Origin: Octopus vulgaris
Taxonomy: Eukaryota
Assembly: GCA_951406725.2 (NCBI GenBank)
Contig: OX597835.1
Span: 37,076,001-37,140,000 of the forward strand
Reading direction: 5' to 3'
DNA length: 64,000 bases
The position numbers and the translations under genes were made by a program. Of this stretch, positions 12,428 to 27,070 are shown one piece after another; position 1 is the stretch's first letter; each line of letters starts with the position of its first letter. A model generated the notes under the pieces. That model did not search any database. It was given only the letters and a program-made list of their open reading frames with translations, and was not told where the DNA came from.

Positions 12428-12620
12428 TGAAATTTACAGAAAAACAAAAGATGAAGACAGGTGTATAAACAACAAGCAGGTATATTAGTTTGATGCTCAG
12501 GAAGGTGAGAAAGCCTTTTACATTTTGAGCCTATGCTCTTCAACAAAATGGAACACAAGGAAATAAACTGAGTGAGATTAAAAAAAAACTTGTGCATCTA
12601 GCGGTCAATCATAGCAACTG
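12425..12620 (-). mobile_element. Short PLE-type repeat (family H3) with a decayed hammerhead-like motif at 12515-12550
   Basis: Homologous to 62075-62262; inferred consensus cuuu-CYGUUGA-a-gagc-guag-gcuc-(G)AAAC-GUA-aaag. Confidence 0.55.
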
Positions 12621-12809
12621 ATTGGAAAAAAATTGTTTGACAGGAGAGCTAGGAAGGGGAGTTAATAAAGTACTGGTGATCCCAAAATAAAGGTATCTGT
12701 GCATGTGGATAGGGGTTAGTGACTTTGATGTGTAAGTGTGTGTGTCTGTAATGTGTGGGTATGTGACCCAACACTATCTGTCATATGATGGTTAACAATC
12801 TTTCTATAT

Positions 12810-12879
<70 letters not shown>

Positions 12880-13009
12880 TATATACATATATATACATAT
12901 ATATATACATATATATACATATATATATATATGTATATATACACACATATATATGTATATATATATGTATACATATATATGTGTATATATATATATATGT
13001 ATATATATA

Positions 13010-13062
<53 letters not shown>
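12810..13062. repeat. (TA)n/(TACA)n microsatellite, representative of many such tracts
   Basis: Direct reading; similar tracts at 16680-17200, 18650-19196, 28270-28760, 32143-32480, 38105-38615, 39080-39350, 45420-45820, 54320-54820, 55990-56480 and 60400-60990. Confidence 0.95.
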
Positions 13063-13067
<5 letters not shown>

Positions 13068-13275
13068 TAATCCAAACAAGAAAGCACAAAAAAATACAAC
13101 AACGCGAGTACGTGGAACAAATATAGTATTATTGGACGCTCAGGAAAGAAGGAAAGAAGGAGGGTTTAACATTTCGAGCGGAGCTCTTCGTCGGAAACAT
13201 AGGAGAAGGAAAGATCCAGAGAAGGGAAGACAGAGGAAAAAAAATCGCCAACGGTACACACAAGGTCACATTTAC
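13062..13275 (-). mobile_element. Short PLE-type repeat (family H4) with a hammerhead motif at 13164-13198
   Basis: guuu-CCGACGA-a-gagc-ucc-gcuc-GAAAU-GUU-aaac; homologous to 33670-33875. Confidence 0.65.
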
Positions 13276-13287
13276 ATATGTACATAA

Positions 13288-13326
<39 letters not shown>

Positions 13327-13539
13327 TACATACAGACATGCATTTAATTTAGAAAAATTGAGCATTTTAGTGTACTGTCTAATACAATCCACTGCATTTT
13401 GAAACTTCCATGATACTTTTTGTAAAACTGATCCAGTAACCCTGTTGCAATGAGACTGTGTGTGTGTATGTGTGTGTGTGTGTATGTTTTTGCTTGAGTT
13501 TACATATGACTGATTTCTTCTTTTTTCTCTGTCTTGCAG

Positions 13540-13586
13540 ATTGCCTCCAAGATAAAATTTTGAATAAAGATGGACAGTTGACTTAA
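13540..13586 (+). CDS. Possible short terminal coding exon of an unidentified gene
   Basis: Strong acceptor ttcttctttttctctgtcttgcag| then (D)CLQDKILNKDGQLT* and AT-rich UTR-like sequence; no homology recognised. Confidence 0.2.
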
Positions 13587-14344
13587 TATTTCTTGGACTT
13601 GTTAAAGAAGTTTTATCAAAACAAACACACACACACACAAAAAGGAAAAAACGAAACAAGACAAATCACAAAACAAACAATCAAACAATAATTTTCAATT
13701 TAAAAGAAAAATAAAAACCAACAAAATCATTGCTTAGTAATCTTTGATTAAAAAACAATTTGGTCTTTTTTGGTTCAGTAGTTTCTGAGATAATGATATT
13801 AGACACTCAAAAAATCAATCAAGCAAACAATCAGGAAAACGTGATTTAACTGAGGCACCTAATATTTTGGTGGTTGAACATCTTGTATAGAAATAAATTA
13901 TGATAATGATCCTAGTGTTACACAGTGGTGCATAATTGGATTAACAGTATCCTTTATATATATATATAATTCAAACATATAAGGGATGGCCATAATAGGA
14001 CATCCGACTCACTAGAAAGAGCAGCTAAACTCCAAACCACTAATAGTTGTAATTCTGAAATGGAAAGAGAAATAAAAACGTTCACCCTCTCCTTTCTGGA
14101 CTATGCATAGTTTCGGCAATCTTTCGTAAATAAAATAAATTTATCTACGACTCGCGTTGCCTCTTCAGCAGAAAGCCAAGGACTACCATATAGTCATGAG
14201 ACGATAATAACCATGCCTATATATATATAAAGTACACACTCACCCACAGACACAGACACACTGACACACATGCAAATACAAGGCATTGAAGTTATGAGCC
14301 AATAAGGTAGTATATGTATGTTTACTTGCTCTGCTGAAGATAAC

Positions 14345-14661
14345 TGGTACTCTGTCGGTAGTGACAATGAGGGTTCCATCTGATTCGATCAACAGACCAG
14401 CCTGCTCATGAAATTTACATCCAAGGGGCTGAGCCCTCCACAGACACGTGTACCCTTAACATAGTTCTCAGGAAGGTTCAGCCTGACACAGGGTGTGACA
14501 AAGCTGGCCCTTTGAAATACAGGTACTACTCATTATTACCAGCTCAGTGGACTGGAGCTTTGTGAAATAAAGTGTCTCGGTCAAGGACACAACACGTCAC
14601 TGGGAATTGAACTCACAACTTTATGATATTGAGCCGAATGCCCTAACCATTAAGCCACATG
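14345..14661 (-). mobile_element. tRNA-headed SINE with C-type core and a distinct tail
   Basis: Head gtggcttaatggttagggcattcggctc..gagttcaattcc; core tgtgtccttgaccgagacactttatttcac..ctccagtccactgagctgg. Confidence 0.8.
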
Positions 14662-14945
14662 AAGATCACATTTTGATTTTTTTATAGAAAGGTCATGTAA
14701 GATAGCATCAATGGAGATGAACTATGTTGCAATAAATGATGGGATGGTCATGATTGGAATGCCTTTGATTATCAGACAACTTGGCTAGGATTTATGTGGA
14801 GCTAAATATATATATATATAGAGAGAGAGATGTACTTGCATAGCAAGTGACTTGATCTGAGATCGTGTGCTGGAACGAAAGCAATTGCAACAATTTATAT
14901 ATATAAAAAAACATTTAATTATTCTCAAAACCATTGATCTAAAAA

Positions 14946-15623
14946 ATGGCTGAAAATCCAAGAATTTCAGGATTATCCTTGGGGTCGAAAGATGACCAAA
15001 TTAAATCCATGTGTAACATTTTGAAATTTGGACAGGACGTCTTCAAAGAATTTTGCCCTGCACCAGTTTCTTTTGATGAAAAATTCCTAGAAGAATTCTT
15101 CCATACTACAGAACTCTTGCAGAAAAGCTGTTCCAGTATTTTGTCAGCCAAAAATGCACCGAAATATCACCAGAAGTCTCATTATTTCAAGTATGTTCAT
15201 TCCTGTTATCCAAAATATCCAATAAAAAGGAAAGAGCAGAAAATAGAATTATTGCAATCATTCAATTCTTCAAGAACGGCATCAACACCATCTTCCTTGT
15301 CATCGTTCTCTTCCTCATCATCCTCTTCTTTGCCTCATTCTAATTCCATACCTGCTTCCAGTCCAAAATCTGTATTTCCTTTATCTTCCCATCAAAGCAT
15401 TTTGAAGAGGAATCGTGTGTCTTGGAGAACCAGAAGAGAAAGCAAAAGCAAGAAATCGGTGACGCTCACCGTTGTCCACGAGGAATTGAAGACCCAGAGA
15501 CAGTTAAATGTGGTGGAAGAAGTCGGTTATAGCAAAATGGTTTGCTCCAAAGATATGGAATGTCTTCAACAGAAGCAAGAATATTCCCAGAAGCCAAAAT
15601 GGAATAAAAAATACTGCAGGTGA
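14946..15623 (+). CDS. Uncharacterised protein; probable first coding exon, Ser-rich, with SILK and RVxW motifs
   Basis: 225 open codons in non-repetitive DNA; aaaATGG start context; candidate donor CAG|GTGATA after 15619; no transposon motifs recognised. Confidence 0.55.
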   Translation: MAENPRISGLSLGSKDDQIKSMCNILKFGQDVFKEFCPAPVSFDEKFLEEFFHTTELLQKSCSSILSAKNAPKYHQKSHYFKYVHSCYPKYPIKRKEQKIELLQSFNSSRTASTPSSLSSFSSSSSSSLPHSNSIPASSPKSVFPLSSHQSILKRNRVSWRTRRESKSKKSVTLTVVHEELKTQRQLNVVEEVGYSKMVCSKDMECLQQKQEYSQKPKWNKKYCR

Positions 15624-16399
15624 TAAAAAAAAAGCTTTCTTTTTCTCTCACCATCACACTCTCTATTTACCTGATACTCTCTCTTTCTCACTGTCAATCC
15701 CCCTCCCTTACGTTTTCTTCTTATATCTCTTTCTTTTCCTCCCACCATCCCTCGCTATCTCACTGACATTCTGCCTTTCTAATTACTGCTACTCTCTTCC
15801 TTTAATCTCTTTTTCTCTCTCTACCTCTATTTCTTTTCATTAGTTGTTCACTCACTGTCTGTCTGTTTGTCTGTCTGTGTGTCTCTGTCTCTCTCTCTCT
15901 CTCTGTCTGTCTGTCTCTCTCTCACTGTCTGTCTGTGTGTCTCTGTCTATCTCTCTCTCTCTCTTTCCCTTCTTAAGACTCCCTCATTCTCCATTTGTTT
16001 ATTAAATGTCTGTCTGCTCCTCTGCTTTTCTACCTATCTGTCCCCTTGTCCCCATCTGCTTCTTTTTATATCTCCCTGTCTGTCTGTCTGTCTGTCTATC
16101 TAGCTCATTGTCTCTCATTCTACCTGTCTGTCTGTCTGTCTACCAGTCTGTCAATTTAATTACCTTAGTCTCTCCCCCTCTCCCTCTCCCACTATATATT
16201 TCTCTCTCTCTCTCCCTCTCACACTATATATTTCTCTCTCTCTCTGTCTCTCTCCCTATCTCTCTACCTTATTACTGTATTTTTTCTTTTGTTTCCTTCT
16301 TTTTATAAATCCCACCTGATTTTCCTTCTTCTCATTCTCATAGCATCCACCCCACACTTTCTTACCCTCTCGCTCTTTCCCTTTCTGTTTCTTTCCTTA

Positions 16400-16430
<31 letters not shown>

Positions 16431-17068
16431 GTCTCCCTGTCTCTCTTTTCCTCCCTCACACTCTTTTTATCTTTCTTTAGCTTTCTCTCCCATATTTTTT
16501 CTTGTTTGATAATTCTATAAATTATACACACAATGACCACACACACACACACACACACACACTCACCTAAGTACATATGAATATATAATACTCTGTGTGT
16601 GTGTGTGTGTGTGTATATGCACAGACTAACAACCATACATTTACATGAGCAACAGTTTATTTGTGTGTGTGTCTAATATATACATACATATATGTGTACA
16701 TACAATGTATATGTGCAAACAAGCATGCACTCATATGCACATATAATTAATTGTGTGTGCATCTATATATATATATCTATATATAGATATATGTATAGAC
16801 ACGCAAACACACACATACCTATGTGTGTGTGTGTGTATATATATATACATATATATATGTATGTGTACGTATATGTACACACATATATATATACACACAC
16901 ATACATATATACATATACACCTATGTATGTATGTATGTATATGTGTATATATATATATATAAACATGCACACACACACACACACATACATATATATATAT
17001 AGACCTGTGTATATATGTATGTATATATATATATGTATGTGTATATAATATAAATATACAATATATAT

Positions 17069-17119
<51 letters not shown>

Positions 17120-17519
17120 GTATATATACATACACACACGTGTATGTGTGTATGTATATACACATATGTGTATATATATGTGTATGTGTGTGTGTGTATA
17201 CTGTACGCACATATCCAAATATCCAAAAGCAAGTTGGATAACAATAGCCATTGTAGATCTACATTGTATGTATCTAAGAATTAAGATAGTTTCGACATTT
17301 TAATGGGGAGGGGGCATGGTGGTGGTGGTGGTGGTGGGGAGATAGCCATGTGTTGTGGGGTGTGTGGGGGAGGCACTTGTCATTGCCTCTTCTTCCCCCA
17401 CCCCTCCCACCTTCTCCCTTCCCCCACCCACCCGCCATCCCTTCCCCTGTTCCTCCGCTGCATAATGTCTTCTCTGTTACACTTGACTGATTACTTAACT
17501 GCATCTCTCTGTTGCTGCC

Positions 17520-18315
17520 ATCACCACCACCACCACCACCACCACCACCACCACCACCACCTTATCATCGTCATCATCATCATCATCATCATCATCGTCA
17601 TCGTCGTCGTCGTCATCATCGTCGTCGTCGTCGTCGTCATCTCTAACAACATTATTCTCTATAATTTCACTACCTGTACAACATTTAGTATGTTAACACA
17701 CCAAACCCGCCCCCACACACCACTGGCACCAGCAGCACCACCACCACAACCACAACCATCACAACAACCACCACCACAACAGCCGCTACCACCATCAACC
17801 CCATCACCACCACCACCACTACCACAGCCACCACCATCACCACCAATACCACCGCCGCAGCCAACTCCATCACCATTATCATCATCATCATCACCATCAC
17901 CACTACCACCGCCGCCGCCACCAACCCCATCGCCATTATCATCATCACCACCATCACCACTACTACCACAGCCACCACCACTACCACCGCCACAACCACC
18001 ACCACCACCACCACTACCACAGCCGCCACCACCACCACCACTGCCACTACACCACCAACCCCATCACCATTATCATCATCATCATCATCACCACCACTAC
18101 CACCACCACAGTCACCACCACCACCACAACCACTACCACCACCACCACTACCAATGACAGCACTGTTGAGATTCCTTTACACATAATTAGCATCATCATT
18201 GTCATCACAGCTAATGTTATACACACACAGATACACACCACCAGCGTCCCCACCACCAGCGTCCCCACCACCACCACCATCACCACCACTATCATCATCA
18301 TCATCATCATCCTCA
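17520..18315. repeat. Compound (CAC)/(CAT)/(CGT) trinucleotide low-complexity tract
   Basis: Direct reading; similar tracts at 53730-53930 and 55090-55880. Confidence 0.9.
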
Positions 18316-18655
18316 TCACCAGCATCACAATTCATGCATGAATGCTTCAGATTTAATTTGGACAAATTTACATTTAAGTCAATAGTGAAGAAGAAGAGGC
18401 TGTGTGTGTGTGTGTGTTGGGTAGGGAGTTAGGGGATTATGGGGTTGGGTGGGATTAGGGTGTAGTAGGGGTAAGGGTAGAGCAGGGGGTGGATGGGGTG
18501 GGGGAGGGGAATAATAGAAAGTGTGGGAAGCAGGAGATGTTGAAAGGTGATAGACACACGCACGCACGCGCGCACACACACATAAATGCATACACACATG
18601 TGCAATGGAGACATTATATATACATGTGTGAGTGTGTATATACATACATACAGAA

Positions 18656-18689
<34 letters not shown>

Positions 18690-18762
18690 TATTTCTATAT
18701 GTGTGCATATATACAATATATATTTACAGAGAGGTAGAATAGACAGACATACAAATACATAC

Positions 18763-18881
<119 letters not shown>

Positions 18882-19074
18882 CATGTACAATGGAGACTAT
18901 ATATGTGTGTGTGTGTTTGCAAAGACAGACAGATTACATGGAAACAGACGCATGGACTCATATACAGACAAAATACACACACACACACACACAGAGTTAC
19001 ATACATACATGTGTGTAGAAAAACAGCCAAATCTTCATACATAACACAACATAATCTTCTACAAAAACAGATAT

Positions 19075-19606
<532 letters not shown>

Positions 19607-19611
19607 TATAC

Positions 19612-19642
<31 letters not shown>

Positions 19643-20726
19643 CACACAAAGTAGATACAGACTTCTGCATGTATGTATGAATAACTGTATATATATGCAT
19701 GTGTGTGTAGATATGTGTTTTTCCACTTTTCTATGATTTATTGAGAAGTGGATGCTCCACACCTATGGTTCTTTCCAGGGCCATCACTACTGATGGGAGT
19801 GGGAAACAGATAAAGATATCCTCATACCAGTATAACAGATAGTTTAATCAATTATAATAGGCAGGGAGTTGTTGTCAGTTCAAATTCCGCTGAGGTCGGC
19901 TTTGCCTTTCATCCTTTCGGGGTCGATAAGTCAAGTAACAGTTATGTACTGGGGTCGATGTAATCGACTTAATCCCTTTGTCTGTCCTTGTTTGTCCCCT
20001 CTATGTTTATCCCCTTGTGGGCAATAAAGAGATAAGAGATAAATGCAATGGGCAAGCCTCCATCATCATCATCATTGTTTAGCATTCTCTTTCCGTGCTG
20101 GCATGGGTTGGGCAGTTTGCCATGAAGCTGGCTGGCAGGGAGCTGCCCGACTCCAAATATCTGTTGTGACATGGTTTCTATTGCTGGATGCCCTTCCTAA
20201 TGCCAAACACTTAACAGAGAATGCTGGGTGCTTTGTAAGTGCTGCTGGTATGGTTGCATTTATGCAGCACTGACACAGGTGCCCGTTAAGTGGCACCAGA
20301 AAATGTATGTAGTAAAGGGCAGGGAGTAGATAAAGTAAGGTAATGAACAACAGGTAGGTATGGTAATTAGCAACAGGTGGATAAAATTAGCATTGATAAT
20401 TGGCAGATATGTTGGGTAAGGTATGACAGGTACATACATAGCATGTAAGTCAATTGCAGATAATCTTCTCTCTTTTACTCATTTTAGTCATTGGGCACTG
20501 GCCATGCTGGGGCTCTGCCTAGAAGGGTTTTAGTTGAACTAATCAACCCCAGTACTAAATGATTTAAACAAAAAAAAAATGTCCGGTTACTTATCCTATC
20601 AGTCTCTTTTGCTGAACTGCTAAGTTATTGGGATGTAAATAGACCCACGCTGACAGTCAAGTGACAGAGGGAAGAAATACAAACACACACACAGACACAA
20701 ACATACACACATGCACATGCGTGCAT

Positions 20727-20766
<40 letters not shown>

Positions 20767-20771
<5 letters not shown>

Positions 20772-20897
20772 TGGCTTTATGGTAAGAAGTTTGCTTTCTG
20801 ACCATATTATCCTGGATTCAGTCCCACTGCATGTTGAAAGAAGCCTGTTGTATAATTGTGTGTGAGTTTATATATATATATATATATATATACACAT

Positions 20898-20928
<31 letters not shown>

Positions 20929-20971
20929 CATACATATATATATACACACACACACACATACACACACACAC

Positions 20972-21002
<31 letters not shown>

Positions 21003-21007
21003 CATAC

Positions 21008-21077
<70 letters not shown>

Positions 21078-21297
21078 ATATCTATGTGTGCCTGTCTTCA
21101 TGTCTGTGTTTGTCTCCTGCCACTGCTTGACAACTGGTGTTGGTTTGGTTACATCCCCATATCCTAGCGATCCAGCAAGAGAGGCCAACAGAATAAGTTC
21201 CAGGCTTACAAAAATAACCGGGGTCAATTCGTTGAACTAAAAATCATTGATGGCAGTGCCCCAGCATGGTCGCAGTCTAACGACCGAAACAAGTAAA
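20767..21297 (+). mobile_element. SINE A with expanded internal microsatellite
   Basis: Head at 20767-20850, then ~230 bp of (TA)/(CA), tail at 21085-21297. Confidence 0.75.
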
Positions 21298-22068
21298 GGC
21301 CACGGTGGGGTTCTACGTTGTGTTTGTCTGTTAAATACAAAATCTGTTCCCAAAGCTTTGGTTGAATTGAGACTATAATAAGAAGAGAACTGCTCAAGGT
21401 GCCATGCAATGGGATTGAAATCGAAATCTTGTAGATGGGAAGCAAACTTTTTACCACACAGCCACGCCTGTATCTATTCAGTAAAATTTTATAGTCAAAC
21501 CTAATTTATGGAAATGGCAAAGACACTCTAAATATAGACCATAGACAGATGCAGTAATTAAATTAACGAAGTTAAATGCACAGTGTAAAATACAATAGGC
21601 AAACACATAAACCTACATGATAGGCTGATTAGCTCCATAAAATGTAGTGGTCAGACTGACCAACAATGAGCCTCTTTGTTGCGGTTTGAGCTGCTAGAAA
21701 TAACAGCCAAAATCTATTTCAAATCTCACCTTGCGAGCTTGTGTTTAAATAATGCCCTAGTAATAATGTGCACTGAGTTTGAGGAAAACGACTGGATCGG
21801 AGTGATGGAAAGGAACACTTTTGATCGTTGGTTTATTCAGTGAGGCCCTGACTGAGGGTTAATCAACAGCGATAGGTGGGCAGGATAAACATTAGGTGAT
21901 GGAAACATTGTGAAGGGAAGGTGACTGAGAAATGGAAAGATTAAGAGACACAGAGACCTGTAGATGATTGATAGAAAGACTAAGAGATACATGGGCCTCA
22001 TCATCATCACCATCATCATTGTCATTGTCATCACCATCACTGCTATCCCCCCCTCCTCCTCCTAGGCC

Positions 22069-22086
<18 letters not shown>

Positions 22087-22109
<23 letters not shown>

Positions 22110-22311
22110 TCCTACGCAAAATACTTTCTATGTAATCTCAAGTTTTAAAACAAACATAATTTTCGTATGTTTTTTTTTACAACACTAAAAAAAAAACCCC
22201 AAATATATGGCACACTAGGCATAACAACAACATGAACTTCCAACCTCTCTTGAGGTCTCTGGGTTAGATTTGGAGCCAACTTGTACAAATATAAAGCAAA
22301 AGCCAAACATA

Positions 22312-22350
<39 letters not shown>
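22087..22350 (+). mobile_element. R4/Dong-like LINE extreme 3' end within (TAA)n
   Basis: ILRKILSM* resembles VLRRALSM* at 48983; a 3' UTR follows; (TAA)n on both sides. Confidence 0.6.
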
Positions 22351-22354
<4 letters not shown>

Positions 22355-22356
22355 GC

Positions 22357-22391
<35 letters not shown>

Positions 22392-22674
22392 TCCCCTTTT
22401 CCATGCTTGCATGGGATTGGATAAAATTTGTTGAGATGGACTCTCCATGGCTGGATGCCCTTTCTGTTGCCAACCCTCACCTGTTTCCAAGTAAGGTAAT
22501 ATTTCCACCTTCCTCATGTCCACACATGTTCTCGCAGAAGACTGGGAACAAACGACACCACTTTCATGACAGTGACACTCACTTACAACTACCACATGGA
22601 AAGGAGACAGTAACGCACACACATGCATGTGCGCGTGTGCACACACACACGTGTTTGTGTGTGCATGCGTGAAT

Positions 22675-23330
22675 CTCTTTACTCTCTTTTACTTGTTTCA
22701 GCCATTTGACTGTGGCCATGCTGGAGTACCACCTTTAATCGAGCAACTCGACCCCAGGACTTATTCTTTTGTAAGCCCAGTGCTTATTCTGTCGGTCTCT
22801 TTTGCCGAACCGCTAAGTAACGGGGACATAAACACACCAGCATCAGTTGTCAAGCAATGCTAGGGGGACAAACACAGACACACAAACATACACATGCATA
22901 TGTATATATCGTCAACATCATCATCATCGTTTAGCGTCCGCTTTCCATGCTGGCATGGGTTGGACGGTTCGACCGGGTCTGGGAAGCCAGGAGGCTGCAC
23001 CAGGCCCAGTCTGATCTGGCAGTGTTTCTACAGCTGGATGCCCTTCCTAATGTCAACCACTCCATGAGTGTAGTGGGTGCTTTTTATGTGCCACCGGCAC
23101 AGGTGCCAGACGAGGCTGGCAAACGGCCATGATCGGATGGTGCTTTTTACGTGCCATATATACATATATACGATGGGCTTCTTTCAGTTTCCGTCTACCA
23201 AATCAACTCACAAGGCTTTGGTCGGCCCGAGGCTATAGTAGAAGATACTTGCCCAAGGTGCCATGCAGTGGGACTGAACCCGGACCATGTGATTGGTAAG
23301 CAAGCTACTAACCACACAGCCACTCCTGTG
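22675..23330 (-). mobile_element. SINE A containing an inserted RTE 3'-UTR fragment (22915-23155)
   Basis: A tail at 22675-22900 and A head at 23165-23330. Confidence 0.85.
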
Positions 23331-23635
23331 CCTATGAATGTATGTTTTCATCTAAATCCTTTCACAAAGCTTTTATCAGACTGGAGCTGTAGCAGAAGAC
23401 ACTTGGCCATGGTGCCACACAGTGGAACTGAACATGGAACCATGTGGTTGGCAAGCACATTTCTCACCATAGAAGGACAAAGAGATAGAGGAAGCTGGAG
23501 ATGATAAATAGAAAGAGTAAGAAACGGATGAACTTACAACCCTTTTGGCAAAATATTCCGCAACCTGTCAACACATTCTGTTGTGATAATATCGTCTGGT
23601 AAGAGATATCATGGGAAACAAATATCTATTTGCAG

Positions 23636-23724
23636 TTTATTGGCACCAATATTCCTCAAGGAACAATTCCTGGAAGTGAAAGCAGATGACAGTCTCAGAA
23701 CTGAAGAATTTCAAGAGAAACAAG
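23636..23724 (+). CDS. Candidate internal exon, phase-compatible with 14946-15619
   Basis: ttgcag| LLAPIFLKEQFLEVKADDSLRTEEFQEKQ aag|GTAAAT; starts in phase 2, matching the phase-2 donor at 15619; pyrimidine tract is weak. Confidence 0.35.
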
Positions 23725-24242
23725 GTAAATATTTTGATAAAAATTTTCACATAAAGCAAAACTTTAAAAAAAATGTATGACTCCATCTTTCTTGTTTTCT
23801 CTCTCTCTTTCTCTAATTCTCTCCTGTAGGTGCTTATGTTTATGTTTACAAACACACACACACACACACACACACACGCATGCATGCACACATACACGTG
23901 CATGCACACACACAAAACCACACATATTCATACATATGCATGTATGTATGTCTACCTATTTATCTATCTATCTGTCTGTCTGTCTGTCTGTCTCTCTGCT
24001 GTATGTATGTTTGCATGTATGTATGTAAGTATGCATGTATATATGTATCTATTTGTATGTATGTATACTTACATGAATCTATCTGTATATATGCATGCAT
24101 GTTTGTAAGCAGGCATCTATATATGTATATATCTATATGTATGCATGTATGTATCAGTATGCATGCATATCTGTATCTGCCTATATGTATGCATGTATGT
24201 ATGCATGTATGTATGTATGTATGTATGTATCTATGTATTTAT

Positions 24243-24680
24243 GTCAGGTCACTTTCGAGTGCTACTGGTAACATGTAACCCAGTACAACCTGTTGCATGG
24301 TTGGGTCACCGGTGACTAAACCGGCAATCCCACGAAGCTTTATTGGACACCCTGCAGGATGAAAAACAAAACCTGTCAAAGGGCGGAGGAACTCTTGAGA
24401 GTCAACGGCCATCCAATAAATGTCTTAAAGTTGTATCATGCGCGGGGACATAGAAATAATCGGACTGAATACCCGATCGCACGGTTAAACCATTGGGAGT
24501 GAAGGACTCCTAGCCTTTGTTAGGGCATCTTTCTAGGAAAAGGTAATTCAGGTAACTGGGATAACTCCGACATAAAACCTGCGGCTCAGTGGTTACCGAT
24601 GATGTTGACTTGTTCTTCTTTTCGGATTATGGCTGCTGTTGCTTAGTGAGTGGGATTGACTCAGTGCACAGCCTTTCCTC
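24243..24680 (+). mobile_element. CpG-containing interspersed repeat resembling an RTE 5' UTR
   Basis: gggcatctttctaggaaaaggtaa...aaacc resembles a motif recalled from RTE 5' UTRs. Confidence 0.35.
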
Positions 24681-24873
24681 ACTTTAAAAAAAAAATCTTC
24701 TTGCACAGGCATTGCATGATAACAACATTGATTAAGCTTTGTGCAATGGCCATACTCGATAACGAGGGGGCAGCCACCATGTATGTATGTATGTATGTAT
24801 GTATCTATGTATGTATGTATGTGTGTGTGTGTGTGTGTGTGTCTGTCTGTCTGTCTGTCTATACACACACATT

Positions 24874-25095
24874 CTGGCAGAATCGTTAGCACGCCGGGCG
24901 AAATGCGTAAGCGTATTTCGTCTGCCATTACGTTCTGAGTTCAAATTCTGCCGAGGTCGACTTTGCCTTTCATCCGTTCGGGGTCGATAAATAAAGTACC
25001 AGTTTCGCACTGGGGTTGATGTAATCGACTTAATCCCTTTGTCTGTCCTTATATGTCCTCTCTGTGTTTAGCCCCTTGTGGGCAGTAAAGAAATA
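24874..25095 (+). mobile_element. SINE D
   Basis: ctggcagaatcgttagcacgccgggcgaaatg..gtaaagaaata; other copies at 19860-20040, 26430-26662(-), 31960-32142(-), 48640-48810, 49920-50130 and 50603-50800. Confidence 0.9.
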
Positions 25096-25779
25096 TATAC
25101 ACACACATATACATACATACAACTACATATATCTATATGTATCCCTATGTGTACAGATACACACACACATACCTACAGTGCTGCTTAAGACTTACACTGG
25201 ATAACCGGACAATTCACTTAATTGCATAACATTTCAAACCACGACCCTCTACCATTTAACATCTAAATATTAAATCTATGCAAAAGTGCCTGATTGATTA
25301 AAGATGCAAATGAAGTCAATTTCGTTTATTAGCATAATAATTTTTCATGATTTTGAGTAAAACAAAAATTAATTAATTGGTGAAAAGCAGCATAAAAAAA
25401 CTGAACATTCGTTTTGATGTATAATGAATAAAATATTTCTGGAAGTTTCTGTTTCCATGGTCAGTTAAAAACAAAGTTATTTCTACTCTCATATTTACTA
25501 ACAACTGATGTCAAAAGAGTTTGTTCTGGAGTATTTTTTAAAATTTGTTTTTCATGTTTGATAAAATGCTTCTATTACTAAAACTTCGTTGGAGATAGAA
25601 TTGCAGACAGACTGCTAGCTGTGTGGTTAAGAAGTTTGCTTTGTAACCGTATGATTTTGGGTTCGATCCCACTGTGTGGTACACTGGGCAAGTGTTTTTT
25701 ATTTTTGCTGTGGTTCTGGGTCAACTGATGCCTTGAGAGTGAATTTTGTGGTTGGAAACCATGTGGATGCCCATTGTGT

Positions 25780-26270
25780 AAAAAAAGCACCTGTTGGTGC
25801 CATATAAAAGGCACCTGTGCTGGTGTCACGTTAAAAGCACCTGGTACACTCTGTAAAGTAGTTGGTGTTAGGAAGGGCATCCAGCTGAAGAAATCATGCC
25901 AAAACAAGTAACTCTCCAGCTTGCCAGCTTCTGTCAAACTGTTCAACCCAAGCCAGCATGGAAAACAGATGTAAAAAAAAAAAATAATAATAAAAATAAT
26001 CATCATCATCATCATCATCAAACATCCATTTTCCATGCTAGCATGGGTTGGGTGGTTTGACTGGAAGAGGCAAACCAGGAAGCTGCACCAGGTTCCAGTC
26101 TGATTTGGCATGGTTTCTATGACCAGATGCCCTTCCTAACACCAACCACTCCGAGCATGTAATGGGTACCTTTTTATGTGCCACCAGCATCAGCTATGAT
26201 AATGATTTTACTTGGATTGATAAGTCTTCTCAAGCACAACATATCACCAAAGGTCTTGGTTACTTGTCAT
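25780..26270. mobile_element. Two RTE 3'-UTR fragments, tail to tail
   Basis: ggtgttaggaagggcatccagctg on + (25864) and its reverse complement at ~26120-26150, with a (CAT)n tail between. Confidence 0.75.
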
Positions 26271-27070
26271 CACCACATAGTGCAATATATGGATTCATAG
26301 AATCATGTGGCTATCACAGAAAGCTCCTCCAGTGGACCTGGCTACCAGGCCACATAATAATCTAATACAGGGAAGTATAATGCAGAGTTGCATGCAGTAG
26401 AAATCCAGATCAGAGCAATGAAATTATTTCATATTTCTTTACTGCCCACAAGGGGCGACATACAAAGGGGACAAAAAGGACAGACAAACGGATTAAGTCG
26501 ATTACATCGACCCCAGTGCGTAAATGGTACTTATTTAATTGGCCCCGAAAGAATGAAAGGCAAAGGTTGACCTCATTGGAATTTGAACTCAGAACGTAGC
26601 GGCAGATGAAATACCACTAAGCATTTCGCCTGGCATGCTAATGTTTCTGCCAGCTCAGCGCCTTTCATGAAGTGTATATAAAGAAACCATAAGTCCAGAA
26701 GTATGAGTGGTGAATATATTTATTTAACTATTTATCGTCCTTAGGATTACAGCTGTTTCATAACCTGCATCATGTAATAATAATTTCAGTGTTTTAAATT
26801 ATGTTTACATTTCTTGCCAAAATATGCATACTATGCTTTATATAATACAATTGTATATTTACAAATCAGTGCAGATGAAGAGTTAAAGTATGACGTTCTG
26901 GTGATCTGATGAGCTAGCCTTTTTTATCTGCACTGATTTATGAATATACAATCATATATTTTCAAATCAATAATTGTCCTCAGTTACAATTTTTCGAGGC
27001 CATCTTAAGAGTGCCATTGTATCATTTCTGGGTTCTCAATGTGACTACTTTAGCATAAGAAAGGGCAATG

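Noticed and set aside
17303-18157. 284-aa His/Pro-rich ORF (also 55068-55946)
   Set aside because: Translation of trinucleotide low-complexity DNA; open in multiple frames
26744-26780. Additional hammerhead (GAAACAGCUGUA on minus strand)
   Set aside because: CUGANGA core and helices are too degenerate to support
26843-26960. ~30-bp imperfect inverted repeat
   Set aside because: Real, but likely an old MITE remnant; no termini or TSD can be defined
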